From NCBI GenBank assembly GCA_050486505.1, contig JBJHDK010000002.1, forward strand, positions 15,277 through 79,276: DNA of 64,000 bases, read 5' to 3'. A model generated the notes under the pieces. That model was not told the origin of the DNA, did not search any database, and was given only the letters and a program-made list of their open reading frames with translations. Source of the stretch: Fibrobacteria bacterium (GTDB taxonomy: Bacteria; Fibrobacterota; Fibrobacteria; UBA11236). Of this stretch, positions 20,263 through 30,311 are shown in pieces. Position numbers and translations under genes: made by a program. The stretch's first letter is position 1. Each line of letters starts with the position of its first letter.

Positions 20263-20298
20263 GGGCCCCGATTCCGCTTACGGGATCGGGGCCTTTTT
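20263..20298 (+). terminator. Terminator-like hairpin
   Basis: GGCCCCGATTCCG-CTTA-CGGGATCGGGGCC-TTTTT. Confidence 0.65.
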
Positions 20299-20316
20299 CA
20301 TCACACGGAGTTTCCC

Positions 20317-20424
20317 ATGAGCAAAAGTCAGGATAGCCAGAAGAGCACCAAGAAGGCGCCCGCCAAGTCGATGAAGGAAAAGAAGGCGGACAAGAAGCTG
20401 AAGAAAGCAAGCAAGAAGTACTAG
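20317..20424 (+). CDS. 35-aa lysine-rich small protein (below the ORF-track cutoff)
   Basis: GGAG RBS, MSKSQDSQKSTKKAPAKSMKEKKADKKLKKASKKY*, followed by a hairpin and T-tract at about 20449-20479. Confidence 0.75.
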   Translation: MSKSQDSQKSTKKAPAKSMKEKKADKKLKKASKKY

Positions 20425-20533
20425 CAGCCGACATAACGGGATTACGATGGGGGGACTCCGGGAGTCCTCCCTTTTCTTTGGGGGAAGCGGGTCCCTTGCC
20501 GGGTACGGGGCCGTGTACGCACATTCCGGAGTG

Positions 20534-21136
20534 ATGCGCAAACCTCCTACGTTGCTCACCGCGATCTCACTCGCATTCCTCGCGTTTTCCCTGTCGGGCT
20601 GCGCATGGCGGGTCATGGCTCCGCCGCCGCCCACCGATCCCGTCACCGTCCATCTCACGGCATACGCCCTGCATTCGCGCGTCGCCGTGCCCGATGAAGA
20701 AGGCACGGGCCGCATGATCGAATACGGTTTCGGCGACTGGGACTATTACGCCCTGCAACGTACGGGCGCGTGGCGCGGGTTCCGCGCGCTGTTCTTTTCG
20801 CGCGCCTCGGCCTTTTCGCGCAGGGAACTTCCCGCGCGTGACGATCCCGAAGCGTTCCGTGTACTAGCGGGGGGAAAGCGTACGCTGTCGGTGGAGGTCG
20901 AGCGGGAACGCGCGGACGCGTTGCGCGAGGAACTGGAGGCGCGCTGGCACGCGCTGGACTCCGCCGGTGCGGATTTCGCGATCCGCGCGGGCAGCGGGGT
21001 GGAATTGCGCAGGACGGAGGAGCGGTATCACCTGTTCCGCAATTCGAACCACCGCAGCGCGACGTGGATGCGCGAGTTGGGCTGCGAGGTGCGCGGGACC
21101 GCGATCACGAACCGGTTCAGGGAAGCGGTGAGGTGA
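20534..21136 (+). CDS. DUF2459-like lipoprotein
   Basis: Lipobox LSGC; H...EYGFGDWDYY; YHLFRNSNH.SATW. Confidence 0.7.
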   Translation: MRKPPTLLTAISLAFLAFSLSGCAWRVMAPPPPTDPVTVHLTAYALHSRVAVPDEEGTGRMIEYGFGDWDYYALQRTGAWRGFRALFFSRASAFSRRELPARDDPEAFRVLAGGKRTLSVEVERERADALREELEARWHALDSAGADFAIRAGSGVELRRTEERYHLFRNSNHRSATWMRELGCEVRGTAITNRFREAVR

Positions 21137-21180
21137 TGATGCTTACGCAAAGGTGACGTCAGCCCGTTCGGAATCTGGGA

Positions 21181-21612
21181 TCACTCACAACCTTCCGGAT
21201 CAAGGCGCTGCAAGTCCAAATCGTAGCGTGAAATTCCGTCGCGGTCAGGATCGACCGGGTAAACGTTCATGATGCCCTTGACACTCGATGACGTCACCTC
21301 GGAAAACCTGAACGAGGCGGTCCTGAAGCCGCACATGTCCTGAAAACACCGGGTGATGCCATCCTTGATGATCACATCCTGAACGACGGAATCCATGGTC
21401 ATGGTTGCCGGACGGACACTGTACTGGTATGCTGATCCGGCTTCAACTGTATCGCTGCTAAAGCGCATGACCAAGTCAGGAGGCTCCTTTGCGGAGCATT
21501 CCTCGAAGATGATTCCGGAATGCGGTGTGGGTCGGTGACACTCATCGCAGACGGGATCCGGGAGGCAGCCTGCAATGATGATCGCCGCGAAAAGCAGAAG
21601 CAACTTTGGCAT
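21181..21612 (-). CDS. Hypothetical lipoprotein
   Basis: GGAGG RBS, lipobox IAGC, Cys-rich mature region including CDECH. Confidence 0.65.
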   Translation of the reverse strand: MPKLLLLFAAIIIAGCLPDPVCDECHRPTPHSGIIFEECSAKEPPDLVMRFSSDTVEAGSAYQYSVRPATMTMDSVVQDVIIKDGITRCFQDMCGFRTASFRFSEVTSSSVKGIMNVYPVDPDRDGISRYDLDLQRLDPEGCE

Positions 21613-21696
21613 CCCGTCAACCTCCCGGCCACCTACACGCAGCGCATGACTCACTATTCACTCTTTCCCGCCACCCTTTTAAGGAAGCGGAGAACA

Positions 21697-23145
21697 TCAA
21701 ACCCGCAACTCCTCGCCCTTCAAATCCTTCCAGTCGTTCCACCGCGCCAGTGCGGGCGCGACGTGGTCCTTCAGGAACTCCTCCGTCTGCTCCTTCGATC
21801 GGCCCGTGTACTTCGACGGGTCGAGCATTTGCGTCAGCTTCTCCACCGTGGTGTCGAAGGACTTGTCGGCCGCGATGCGTTCGAGCAGATCGTTGGCGTT
21901 GCCGTGCTCCTTCACCTGCCGCGCCGCCTCCACCGAATGCACGCGGATCTGCTCATGCAGCTCCTGCCGGTTGCCGCCGCGCTTCACCGCGTCCATCATG
22001 ATGTTCTCGGTGAGCATGAAGGGAAGCTCCTCGCGCAGGCGCCGCTCGATCACCTTGGGATACACCACCAGGTTCGACGACACGTTCTCCGCGATGATCA
22101 GCATCGCGTCGGCGGCCAGGAACGCCTGCGCCACCGAAAGGCGCTTGTTGGCCGAGTCGTCGAGCGTGCGTTCGAACCACTGCGTCGAGGACGTGAACGC
22201 CACCGAGGCATGCAGCGACTGCACGTAGCGCGCCAGCGACCCGATGCGCTCGCTGCGCATGGGGTTGCGCTTGTAGGCCATCGCCGAGGAGCCGATCTGG
22301 TTCTTCTCGAACGGTTCCTCGACCTCTTTGAGATTCTGCAACAGGCGCAAGTCGGTGGAATACTTCGACAGCGACTGCGCGAGGCTCGAGAGCGCCGCGA
22401 GCACGCGCGCGTCGAGCTTGCGCGTGTAGGTCTGGCCCGAGACGGGGAGGCTACGCGTGAACCCTGCGCGGCGCGTGACTTCGTCGTCGAGCTTCTTCAC
22501 CTTCGCGTGGTCGCCCTCGAACAACTCGAAGAAGCTCGCCTGCGTGCCGGTGGTTCCCTTCACGCCGAGGAACGGCAGGCTTTCGGCCACCTGCACAACC
22601 TCTTCCAGGTCGAGCAACAATTCCTGGATCCACAGCGTGGCGCGTTTACCCACCGTCACCGGCTGCGCCGGCTGGAAATGCGTGAAGCCCAGCGCGGGCT
22701 GCGCCTTCCATGTGTCCGCGAAGGACGCCAGGGAGTTGATCGTCCGCAACAGGCGGCGGCGAAGAAGGTGCAGGCCTTCCTTCATCTGGATCAGATCGGT
22801 GTTGTCGGCCACGTAGGCCGAGGTCGCGCCGAGGTGGATGATGCCGGCGGCCTTGGGGCATTGCTTCCCGTAGGCGTGCACGTGCGCCATCACGTCGTGG
22901 CGGACACGTTTTTCCTGCGCCTCGGCCTCCGCGAAATCGATGTCCGTCGCGTGCGCCTTCAACTCCGCGATCTGTTCATCCGTGATCGGGAGGCCCAGTT
23001 CCTGCTCGGCTTCGGCGAGGTGGATCCACAGCGTGCGCCAGGTCTGGTGCTTGAATTGGGGAGAAAAAAGAAAGCTCATCTCCCGCGAAGCATAGCGGCG
23101 GATGAGGGGGTTATCGTACTGGGCGTAGGCGTTTTCGGTGCTCAT
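21697..23145 (-). CDS. purB: Adenylosuccinate lyase
   Basis: YDNPLIRRYAS, RHDVMAHV, IHLGATS, GFTHFQPAQ, GSSAMAYKRNPMRSE. Confidence 0.96.
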   Translation of the reverse strand: MSTENAYAQYDNPLIRRYASREMSFLFSPQFKHQTWRTLWIHLAEAEQELGLPITDEQIAELKAHATDIDFAEAEAQEKRVRHDVMAHVHAYGKQCPKAAGIIHLGATSAYVADNTDLIQMKEGLHLLRRRLLRTINSLASFADTWKAQPALGFTHFQPAQPVTVGKRATLWIQELLLDLEEVVQVAESLPFLGVKGTTGTQASFFELFEGDHAKVKKLDDEVTRRAGFTRSLPVSGQTYTRKLDARVLAALSSLAQSLSKYSTDLRLLQNLKEVEEPFEKNQIGSSAMAYKRNPMRSERIGSLARYVQSLHASVAFTSSTQWFERTLDDSANKRLSVAQAFLAADAMLIIAENVSSNLVVYPKVIERRLREELPFMLTENIMMDAVKRGGNRQELHEQIRVHSVEAARQVKEHGNANDLLERIAADKSFDTTVEKLTQMLDPSKYTGRSKEQTEEFLKDHVAPALARWNDWKDLKGEELRV

Positions 23146-23199
23146 GGGGGGCAAAGGTACCCTCCGGGCGGCCCGGGGCAAAGCCTCGGGGCGGCGGGG

Positions 23200-23541
23200 T
23201 CATTTCTTCGCGGATTTCGCCTTCGGCTTTGTCACGGATTTCGCGGCGGCCGCGGAATACGGGGGCGTGGCCTCCGCCACCTTCTCCGCCAGCATGTGCT
23301 TCATCAGGGACTGGTAGGGCATGTCCTTTTGGTTCGCCATCATCTTGATACGGTCCAGCATGCCCTTGGGAAGACGGATCGAAATCGTCTCCGTGGAGGG
23401 CTTGAGATTGGGCATCGCAGGATTCAGGATTGCCTTGGTAAAGTCGAAGAAATCGGTCGCATCGTGCGTCGCCCAAAACTCATGTTCCTCATCTTCCGAC
23501 TTGAATTTCGGGATTTCCTTCACCTTAGTCGACTTGCGCAT
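23200..23541 (-). CDS. BrnA/CopG-like antitoxin
   Basis: IPKFKSEDEEHEFWATHD...TETISIRLP...MPYQSLMK (RHH); overlaps the toxin stop. Confidence 0.88.
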   Translation of the reverse strand: MRKSTKVKEIPKFKSEDEEHEFWATHDATDFFDFTKAILNPAMPNLKPSTETISIRLPKGMLDRIKMMANQKDMPYQSLMKHMLAEKVAEATPPYSAAAAKSVTKPKAKSAKK

Positions 23542-23830
23542 AACGCTCCCTCTCTTTCTTCGACATTGCCCGGGCCGACACAACGCGGATCCGTTTTTCA
23601 CGAAAGACAAAAACAATCGTCAACATTCTGTCCGCACGGGAACGCCCCAAGCATGTATAGCGCATTTCCCTCTCCGGGTATTTGGCCACATCAAACAGAA
23701 CGGGTCGGTTAAAGAACACCTCCTCGGCTTCCACCTTGGACACTTTGTGCTTTTCCCAGTTCTTGGCCGCATTCCAATGATCCCATTCGAACCCTTCGAT
23801 TTTTGCGAGCTTTTGGGCCAAGGTTTCCAT
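23525..23830 (-). CDS. brnT: BrnT family toxin
   Basis: GFEWD...KNWEKHKV...EAEEVFF...RIRVVSARAMSKKER. Confidence 0.92.
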   Translation of the reverse strand: METLAQKLAKIEGFEWDHWNAAKNWEKHKVSKVEAEEVFFNRPVLFDVAKYPEREMRYTCLGRSRADRMLTIVFVFREKRIRVVSARAMSKKERERYAQVD

Positions 23831-23922
23831 GTATATGAAGAATATATACACGAAAAACTCTGTATGCAAGCACAATCATCACGGTCCAACGGATTCGCCC
23901 CCACAAGGAGCGATCATACCGG

Positions 23923-25116
23923 TTATTGCCCCAGCACCTTCCGAAACGCGGTGATCACATCCGCCACATCCTTGTCCGACAACGCCGCCGACAACGGCAG
24001 GGATACCGTGCGATCACCGATGTCAGCCGCCACGGGACACTCGGAACGCTTCCAGCCCAAGGCCTTGCGATAGTACGGATGCTCGCACAGCGCGCGGTAA
24101 TGAACGCCCGCGCCGATTCCTTCCGCCGTCAGTGCGGCAAGCACGAAATCCCGCTTTCGTCCCGCGTTCTTGCGAATCAGCGGCGTGTAGAGATGGTATG
24201 CGTGCCGCTCGTCCTTCCCAGGCTCCGCGGGAAGCGTCACCGGCAGATCGGCAAACGCCTCCTGATATGCCTTCCAGATCGCACGGCGGCGACGCCAGTT
24301 GGTTTCCACGCGGCGTAACTGGGGAGTCCCGATCGCCGCCTGCAAGTCGGTCATGTTGTACTTGTACCCGAGGTCGACCACATCGTAGTGCACATACCCT
24401 GAATCGGAATAGCGCCGCCACGCGTCCTTGCTCATGCCGTGCAGCGCCAGCCGCTTGGCACGATCCGCCACGGCGGCGCCCCGGGCAAGGATCATGCCCC
24501 CTTCGGCGGTGGTCACGTTCTTCGTGGCGTAGAAACTGAAGCAGCCAGCATCGCCGAAGGTCCCCGCCTTGCGGCCGCGCCATTCCGTCTCAATGGCATG
24601 CGCGCAATCCTCGATGACCTTGATCCGGTGCGTTCGCGCGATGTGCAGGATCGCATCCATGTCGCAGGCGCGGCCCGCGAAGTGGACCGGAAGAACCGCC
24701 TTCGTGCGCTTCGTGACCTTGCGCGCGATTTCATCCGGACTGATGTTGAAAGTGACCGGATCGCAATCGGCGAGCACGGGCGTCGCGCCCGCGTGCAGGA
24801 TCGCGTTGGCCGTCGCGCAAAACGTCATGGGCGTCGTGATCACTTCGTCGCCCGGGCCGACGCCGAGGGAAAGAATGGAGAGGTGCAGCGCCGCCGTGCA
24901 GGAATTCACCGCCACGGTTCTCGCCGGATCCATGCCCTTGTACGCGGCGAAAGCCGCCTCGAATTCCGCGACCTTCGGGCCGGTACCGATCCAGCGCCGC
25001 CGCAGGGAATCGGTGACGCCCGCGATCTCCTCGCGGCCGATGCGCGGAGCGCCGAAGACCAGGAAGTCCTTGCGAGAGCGGACGGGTCTTCCCCCGTCGA
25101 TGGCGAGTTTCGGCAT
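23923..25116 (-). CDS. DegT/DnrJ/EryC1/StrS sugar aminotransferase
   Basis: NSCTAALH, PVHFAG, IEDCAHA, FSFYATKNVTTAEGG, GYKYNMTD. Confidence 0.95.
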   Translation of the reverse strand: MPKLAIDGGRPVRSRKDFLVFGAPRIGREEIAGVTDSLRRRWIGTGPKVAEFEAAFAAYKGMDPARTVAVNSCTAALHLSILSLGVGPGDEVITTPMTFCATANAILHAGATPVLADCDPVTFNISPDEIARKVTKRTKAVLPVHFAGRACDMDAILHIARTHRIKVIEDCAHAIETEWRGRKAGTFGDAGCFSFYATKNVTTAEGGMILARGAAVADRAKRLALHGMSKDAWRRYSDSGYVHYDVVDLGYKYNMTDLQAAIGTPQLRRVETNWRRRRAIWKAYQEAFADLPVTLPAEPGKDERHAYHLYTPLIRKNAGRKRDFVLAALTAEGIGAGVHYRALCEHPYYRKALGWKRSECPVAADIGDRTVSLPLSAALSDKDVADVITAFRKVLGQ

Positions 25117-25176
25117 TGGGCAAAATTAACCGCCGCTCCGGCAAAGCGACGGGAGTCGTTCGTATCTTGACGCCTT

Positions 25177-26931
25177 ATGTCGATCGCGGGCTGCATCCAT
25201 CCTCCCGGACACGGACACGTGTTGGCGCCGGTGGTGGAACTCCTCCATCCTCGCCGCAATCGCGACGCGACAGCCCGCGACGGGTATTTCACCCATGAGG
25301 CCCTGCATCTCGTCGAAACGGCCGCCCGCGAGCCTTGCGGGCATGCCGGTGAAGGGGTCAGGTGCTGGATCGACGGGCGCATCGACAACACCGCCGACCT
25401 GCTCAGGCGCTTCGATCCCGAAGGAGACCCCCGGCCCGCCTTCCTTTTCGCCCGGGCGCATGCCCGCGGCCTTCTTGAGCAGGTGCTGCAAGCCGCGGAC
25501 GGAGATTTTTTCGCCGTCGTGCACGATGCCCCCGCGCGCAGACTGTTTTTGTGTAACGACCGTCTGGGACTGCGGCCGGCGTACTTCGCGGAGGCGGCGC
25601 CGGGATTCTTGTTCTGTACGCGCCTGCGAGGATTCGCCGCCTTCCCCGGGTTCGCGCCCCGGATTTCGCCGGACGCGCTGGAATGCTTTCTGGATCTGGG
25701 ACATTTCGTCGGCGACCTGACGTGGTTCGAGGGTGTCCGCCAGCTTGCGCCCGCGACCCTGCTTGAGGTGGACACCGTCGACGGAAAAATCCGGGCGGCA
25801 CGGAGGTACTGGACCTGGGAGCGCATCGGGCGCAGGAGCATCGGACTCGAAGCGGCCGCCGAAGAACTGGGCGACCTGTTGCGCGATGCCGTCGCGCGCA
25901 GGATCCTTCCCGGAGAGCGCGTCGCGATCCTGCTGAGCGGGGGCCTCGACTCGCGCGCGATTCTCGCCTGTACCCTGCCGGAGCAATGCGCGGGAACGGC
26001 CACGTTCGGACAGCCGGGTTGCCGCGATCTTCTCTACGCGGAACGTGTCGCCCGCGCCGCCGGAGTTCCGCACCGCGCGCTCCCCCTGACGGAGCACGAA
26101 TGGTTCCTCAACCGGCTCCACGCCGTCTGGAAGACCGACGGCATGAGCGGGCCCGCCGACCTGCAGGGATCGCGCTTTCTCGGCGACCTCCTCGCGATCT
26201 CCCCGGTGAACCTGAACGGCTTCGCGGGCGACCTCGTCGCAGGCGGCAGCTATCTTGATCCGGCGCGCCTGGATACGCCGCCCGATGCCGCCTTCGCCGC
26301 GTCGCGTTACGGGCGCCACGCGCGCTGGTCCGACCCCGCGGACGCCTATTTCAGGTCGCCGCGCACCGACCCCTACATCCTCGCCAACAGGGTGCGACGA
26401 CTCACCGTCTCCGGAACCCTCGAAGTCGAAGACGCGATGGAGCAACGAAAGCCCTTCATGGACACGCGACTGCTCGAGTTCCTGTACTCCCTTCCCGAAG
26501 CGCACCGCCTGCACGGACGCGTGTACCTTCGCGCCATGTTGCGCCTGCGGCCCGACCTTTTCGCGCGCGTGCCATGGCAAAAAACCGGGCTCTCCCCACG
26601 CTTCGGAGACGGGTTTCCCGTGCGCGCATACTGCGCCGTCTTCCGCCGCCTGCAGCGCCTCGGCTGGCCCTCGGCCCCCACGGAGCTCGCCGACTTTCCC
26701 CGCTGGATCGCGGCGTCACCCGGCCCTTTCGGCACACTGCTCGAAGATCCTCGCGCACTCTGGCGCGACCTCGCGCCCGCGCGCCTGCACCATCACTTTC
26801 AGTGGCGCGCCCATCCCTCCGCCGCACAGGCGCGCCTTCAGTTGCAGGCCGCGGGCGTGGAAGCCTGGTTCCGCCAACTCTTCAACGGCACGCACCGCGA
26901 CCCGGAAGTTTCCGAAGCACCGCCTGCATGA
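25177..26931 (+). CDS. Asparagine synthase-like ATP-dependent amidoligase
   Basis: NDRLGLRPAY, LLSGGLDSR PP-loop, LNGFAGD, RKPFMD; no N-terminal Cys. Confidence 0.8.
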   Translation: MSIAGCIHPPGHGHVLAPVVELLHPRRNRDATARDGYFTHEALHLVETAAREPCGHAGEGVRCWIDGRIDNTADLLRRFDPEGDPRPAFLFARAHARGLLEQVLQAADGDFFAVVHDAPARRLFLCNDRLGLRPAYFAEAAPGFLFCTRLRGFAAFPGFAPRISPDALECFLDLGHFVGDLTWFEGVRQLAPATLLEVDTVDGKIRAARRYWTWERIGRRSIGLEAAAEELGDLLRDAVARRILPGERVAILLSGGLDSRAILACTLPEQCAGTATFGQPGCRDLLYAERVARAAGVPHRALPLTEHEWFLNRLHAVWKTDGMSGPADLQGSRFLGDLLAISPVNLNGFAGDLVAGGSYLDPARLDTPPDAAFAASRYGRHARWSDPADAYFRSPRTDPYILANRVRRLTVSGTLEVEDAMEQRKPFMDTRLLEFLYSLPEAHRLHGRVYLRAMLRLRPDLFARVPWQKTGLSPRFGDGFPVRAYCAVFRRLQRLGWPSAPTELADFPRWIAASPGPFGTLLEDPRALWRDLAPARLHHHFQWRAHPSAAQARLQLQAAGVEAWFRQLFNGTHRDPEVSEAPPA

Positions 26932-26955
26932 CGCGCAGGCAACAGGAGCCCCCCC

Positions 26956-27609
26956 ATGAGAATCGACATCTGGTCCGACATCGTCTGCCCCTGGTGCTAC
27001 ATCGGGAAGCGCCGCCTGGAACAAGCGCTGGAGGAGCTTCCCGACGGCGCCGCCCACCAAGTGGTCTGGAGAAGCTACGAGCTCAACCCGAACGCTCCGC
27101 GCGCGTCAACGGAAACAACCCGTGACATGCTCGCGCGCAAATACGGGGTCGCCCCGGAAAAGGCAGTCGCCATGCAGGCACACGTCACTGCCATCGCGGA
27201 GGGCTGCGGACTCGACTACCACCTCGACCAGACACGGCCCGAGAGCTCCTTCGACGCTCACCGGCTCGTGCATCTCGCCAAGGCCTCCGGATTGCAAGGT
27301 GAAATGAAGGAACGCCTGCTCCGTGCTTATTTCACGGAAGGCCTTTCCATCAACGACAAGGCTACGCTGATCCGCTTGGCCGAAGAGGTCGGACTGGGGG
27401 GAACCTCCGCGGCCGAAACCCTGGACGGGGACGCCTTCGCGGACGCCGTGCGCGCCGATGAAGAAGAAGCCCTGCGCATCGGAATCCGGGGCGTTCCGTT
27501 CTTCGTGTTCAATGGATCCCTCGCGCTTTCGGGCGCGCAACCGGTGGAAACATTCCGGGAGGCGTTGATGGAAGCGGCAAGTGGAATGCCAAGAGGAGAT
27601 GGAACCTGA
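26956..27609 (+). CDS. DsbA family oxidoreductase (FrnE-like)
   Basis: IDIWSDIVCPWCYIGKRR, GVPFFVF, SGAQP. Confidence 0.93.
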   Translation: MRIDIWSDIVCPWCYIGKRRLEQALEELPDGAAHQVVWRSYELNPNAPRASTETTRDMLARKYGVAPEKAVAMQAHVTAIAEGCGLDYHLDQTRPESSFDAHRLVHLAKASGLQGEMKERLLRAYFTEGLSINDKATLIRLAEEVGLGGTSAAETLDGDAFADAVRADEEEALRIGIRGVPFFVFNGSLALSGAQPVETFREALMEAASGMPRGDGT

Positions 27610-27636
27610 AAGGACGGCGTACGAGGACGGAACGCC

Positions 27637-29088
27637 TTATCTCATTTTTTCCCGCAGGTCACGTAACGCCTCCCGCGCCGCAACCGGCGTAAACAGGCGC
27701 GCCACCAGCACAAACAAGAGCGCGGCACCGAGCCCCGGTATGACCAATTCAAGAGCAGGCGACAACGACAAGCGCGCGGCGAGAAACGATGCCGCCCACG
27801 CCGCCGGAATCGCGGGAACAAGCGCCCAACCCGCCGCGCGGGCGATCGCCTTCGGTGCGACTCCCAACCAGCGGCGCGGCAGTTCAAAATCGAGGGGCAG
27901 GGTCAGCACGGTCACGAACAACATCGCAACGGCTACCCCGAGCGTGCCGTAACGCGAGCCTGCCAGAATCGCAAGCACGCGTGCCGTCAACACGAGGACA
28001 TTGACCCCGAAGCTGACGCCCGCCTTCCCCAACGCAAGCACAAGGTTTCCCAAGGCGTTTCCCATCACGATCAGGAATCCCAGGACCGCCATCACGCGCA
28101 GTACCGGGATCGCGGGTTCCCAGCCCGTGCCGAGGACGGCCCGCAACAGGGGATCCGCAAGGCCGAGCAGCAACGCGTAAACCACCGAGGCCGGTAAAGC
28201 CAGCAGGGAAAGGGAACGCAGATAGGCGCTCGCCATGCGCGCCCGGTCTCCCTGCATGCGCGCCAGCAAGGGAAGCAAGGTGCGCGTCACGAAAGGGCCG
28301 AACAGCGCGGCGGGCTTGAGCGCGATCTGCGCCGCCATGGAATAAAAGCCCGCCGCTGCGGGACCAAGCAAGGCCGCCACCAGCAGGCGATCGAGGTTGC
28401 CCGCCGCGTTGTTCAGGGCGCGCTCGCCCATCTGGAAGGCGCCGAACCCGGAAAGAGGCCGCAGGTCGGCGACCTGCAGCCGGGGAAGAGGCCGGAGCCC
28501 CGACAGCGCGCCGAGCAGCACGAAGCGGGATCCGACCAATGCGAGCTGGCCTGCGATGAGGGCCATGGGCTCTGCGCGCCAAAGGATCCATGCCACCGCG
28601 ACCGCCAGCGCGATCACCGCCGCGCCGATCTCTCCAAGCGCGAGCCGCTTGAAGCGGAGTTGTCGCTGCAGGCGGGCCTGAAACACAGCCGCGGGGCCAA
28701 AGAAGGGAAGCGACAGCGCGGCGATCCACAGCAGCGGCGCCAACCCTTCCAGCCGCAGCACCGTCGCGATGCCGCCGGCGAGCGCGACCAATGCCACGCA
28801 CAAGACCGCTCCGGAAGATGCGGCGGCCCACCAGGCGCTGGCCCAGGTTTTTTCGGGGGACGACTCGCGCTGAACCAACGCGTTCGTCATTCCCAGGTCC
28901 GCGAACCCCCACATGAAGCCGGTCACCGCCAGGGCGACCGCAGCCAGCCCGAACTCCGCGGGAGTCAGCCAGCGCGCAAGCACCACGAGCTGAACCAGCT
29001 GGGACACCAACGTCGCAACGGCAGCGGAGGCGTTCCAGCGAAGCGCGGCGCCGGCGGCACGCCCCAACGACGGAGTTTCGGCTTCCAT
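27637..29088 (-). CDS. Wzx-type polysaccharide flippase
   Basis: LARWLTPAEFG, ADLGMTNALVQR, NLDRLLVA...GFY; many TM segments. Confidence 0.88.
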   Translation of the reverse strand: MEAETPSLGRAAGAALRWNASAAVATLVSQLVQLVVLARWLTPAEFGLAAVALAVTGFMWGFADLGMTNALVQRESSPEKTWASAWWAAASSGAVLCVALVALAGGIATVLRLEGLAPLLWIAALSLPFFGPAAVFQARLQRQLRFKRLALGEIGAAVIALAVAVAWILWRAEPMALIAGQLALVGSRFVLLGALSGLRPLPRLQVADLRPLSGFGAFQMGERALNNAAGNLDRLLVAALLGPAAAGFYSMAAQIALKPAALFGPFVTRTLLPLLARMQGDRARMASAYLRSLSLLALPASVVYALLLGLADPLLRAVLGTGWEPAIPVLRVMAVLGFLIVMGNALGNLVLALGKAGVSFGVNVLVLTARVLAILAGSRYGTLGVAVAMLFVTVLTLPLDFELPRRWLGVAPKAIARAAGWALVPAIPAAWAASFLAARLSLSPALELVIPGLGAALLFVLVARLFTPVAAREALRDLREKMR

Positions 29089-30242
29089 CACGAGTTCAGG
29101 AAGGCGGGCAGTCCCCGCGCGTAAGCATCCCAATGCCAGCGCGTGCGCGCGACACGGCATGCAGCCGAGTGGGTTTCGTGGTTCCCGATCAATTGACGAA
29201 GGGCACGGGCGATATCGTCGGGCGAAAACGCATCGGCCGCCACTCCCACACTCTCCTCTGCCAGCAAGGCCCTGTGGGCGGGATTGTCGCTGAACAACAC
29301 GGGAATTCCGACCTGGACATAGTCAAAGATTTTATTGGAAAGCGTCAAGGCGAAGCTCTCGCACACCGGCTGCACGAGATGAATGCCGATGTGCGCGGCC
29401 GACATTTTCGAAGGGAGCGCTTCAAAGGGGACTGTCCCATGAAAAACGATACGGTCCCCGGCACCCGAGGCGAGCGCCTTTTCGCGCAACGATGCCTCCG
29501 CAACGCCGCCGCCATAAACGTCGAGCGTGAGCCCGGGATGCGACGACATGACGACGAACAATTCCGGAAGCCCGCTTGCCTCCCGCAGGCTCCCCTGATA
29601 CACGAGCTTCACGGGTTCGCCCGGGCGCGGGGATTCCGGCGAAGGTTCCCCCCCTCCTCCCCTGGCCTGCAACGGCATATTGGGCAAAAGGTGGAAGCGT
29701 ACGCGGGGATGGCGGGCCTGCAGGCGTTCGAGAATCGCGGGGCTGACGGTGACGGCTTTTCGGATCAATGCGAAACCGGCATTTTCCCACGCCGTCCAGA
29801 ACAGGCGGCGAGTGGCGCGGCTTCGCACCATCGGCGTTTCCAGGAACAACTCGTGGGAGTCGTACACGACCATGCGCCCGCGCAACCTCCCCCACAAGGC
29901 GAGCCAGAACAGCGGCGGGGCATCGAGGGAGATCCACACCCGGGCGGGCGTGCGCCACAGCAGGGGAAGCGACCGGAACATCCACGTCACGAATGCCGGC
30001 AGGAACCCCTGCAGGTGCGAGCGGCGCGTCAGAACGCGGATGTCGAACCCGTCCCAGGCAGGCCCCGGGGGATGCAAGGGTTGATCGCAGCAAATCACCG
30101 GCCGATAGCCGGCCTCGCGCAACGTCGTCGCGAGCTTGTAGCAGCGATGATCGGTCGACAGATCGGTGAGGATCGCGAGGAGAATCTCGGGGGAATCCTG
30201 CCCGGTCGATCCGGTGGATTGGTTGGGAAGGGGGGAAGTCAT
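29088..30242 (-). CDS. Glycosyltransferase family 4
   Basis: VYDSHELF, LVYQGSL, LSNKIFDYVQVGIPV; TGATG coupling to the flippase. Confidence 0.88.
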   Translation of the reverse strand: MTSPLPNQSTGSTGQDSPEILLAILTDLSTDHRCYKLATTLREAGYRPVICCDQPLHPPGPAWDGFDIRVLTRRSHLQGFLPAFVTWMFRSLPLLWRTPARVWISLDAPPLFWLALWGRLRGRMVVYDSHELFLETPMVRSRATRRLFWTAWENAGFALIRKAVTVSPAILERLQARHPRVRFHLLPNMPLQARGGGGEPSPESPRPGEPVKLVYQGSLREASGLPELFVVMSSHPGLTLDVYGGGVAEASLREKALASGAGDRIVFHGTVPFEALPSKMSAAHIGIHLVQPVCESFALTLSNKIFDYVQVGIPVLFSDNPAHRALLAEESVGVAADAFSPDDIARALRQLIGNHETHSAACRVARTRWHWDAYARGLPAFLNS

Positions 30243-30311
30243 GCGATTCCGGTGGAAAATGCAAAAAGGAAGACGGAGCGGCCGGGCGCCGCTTCATATC
30301 TTTGATTTTCC

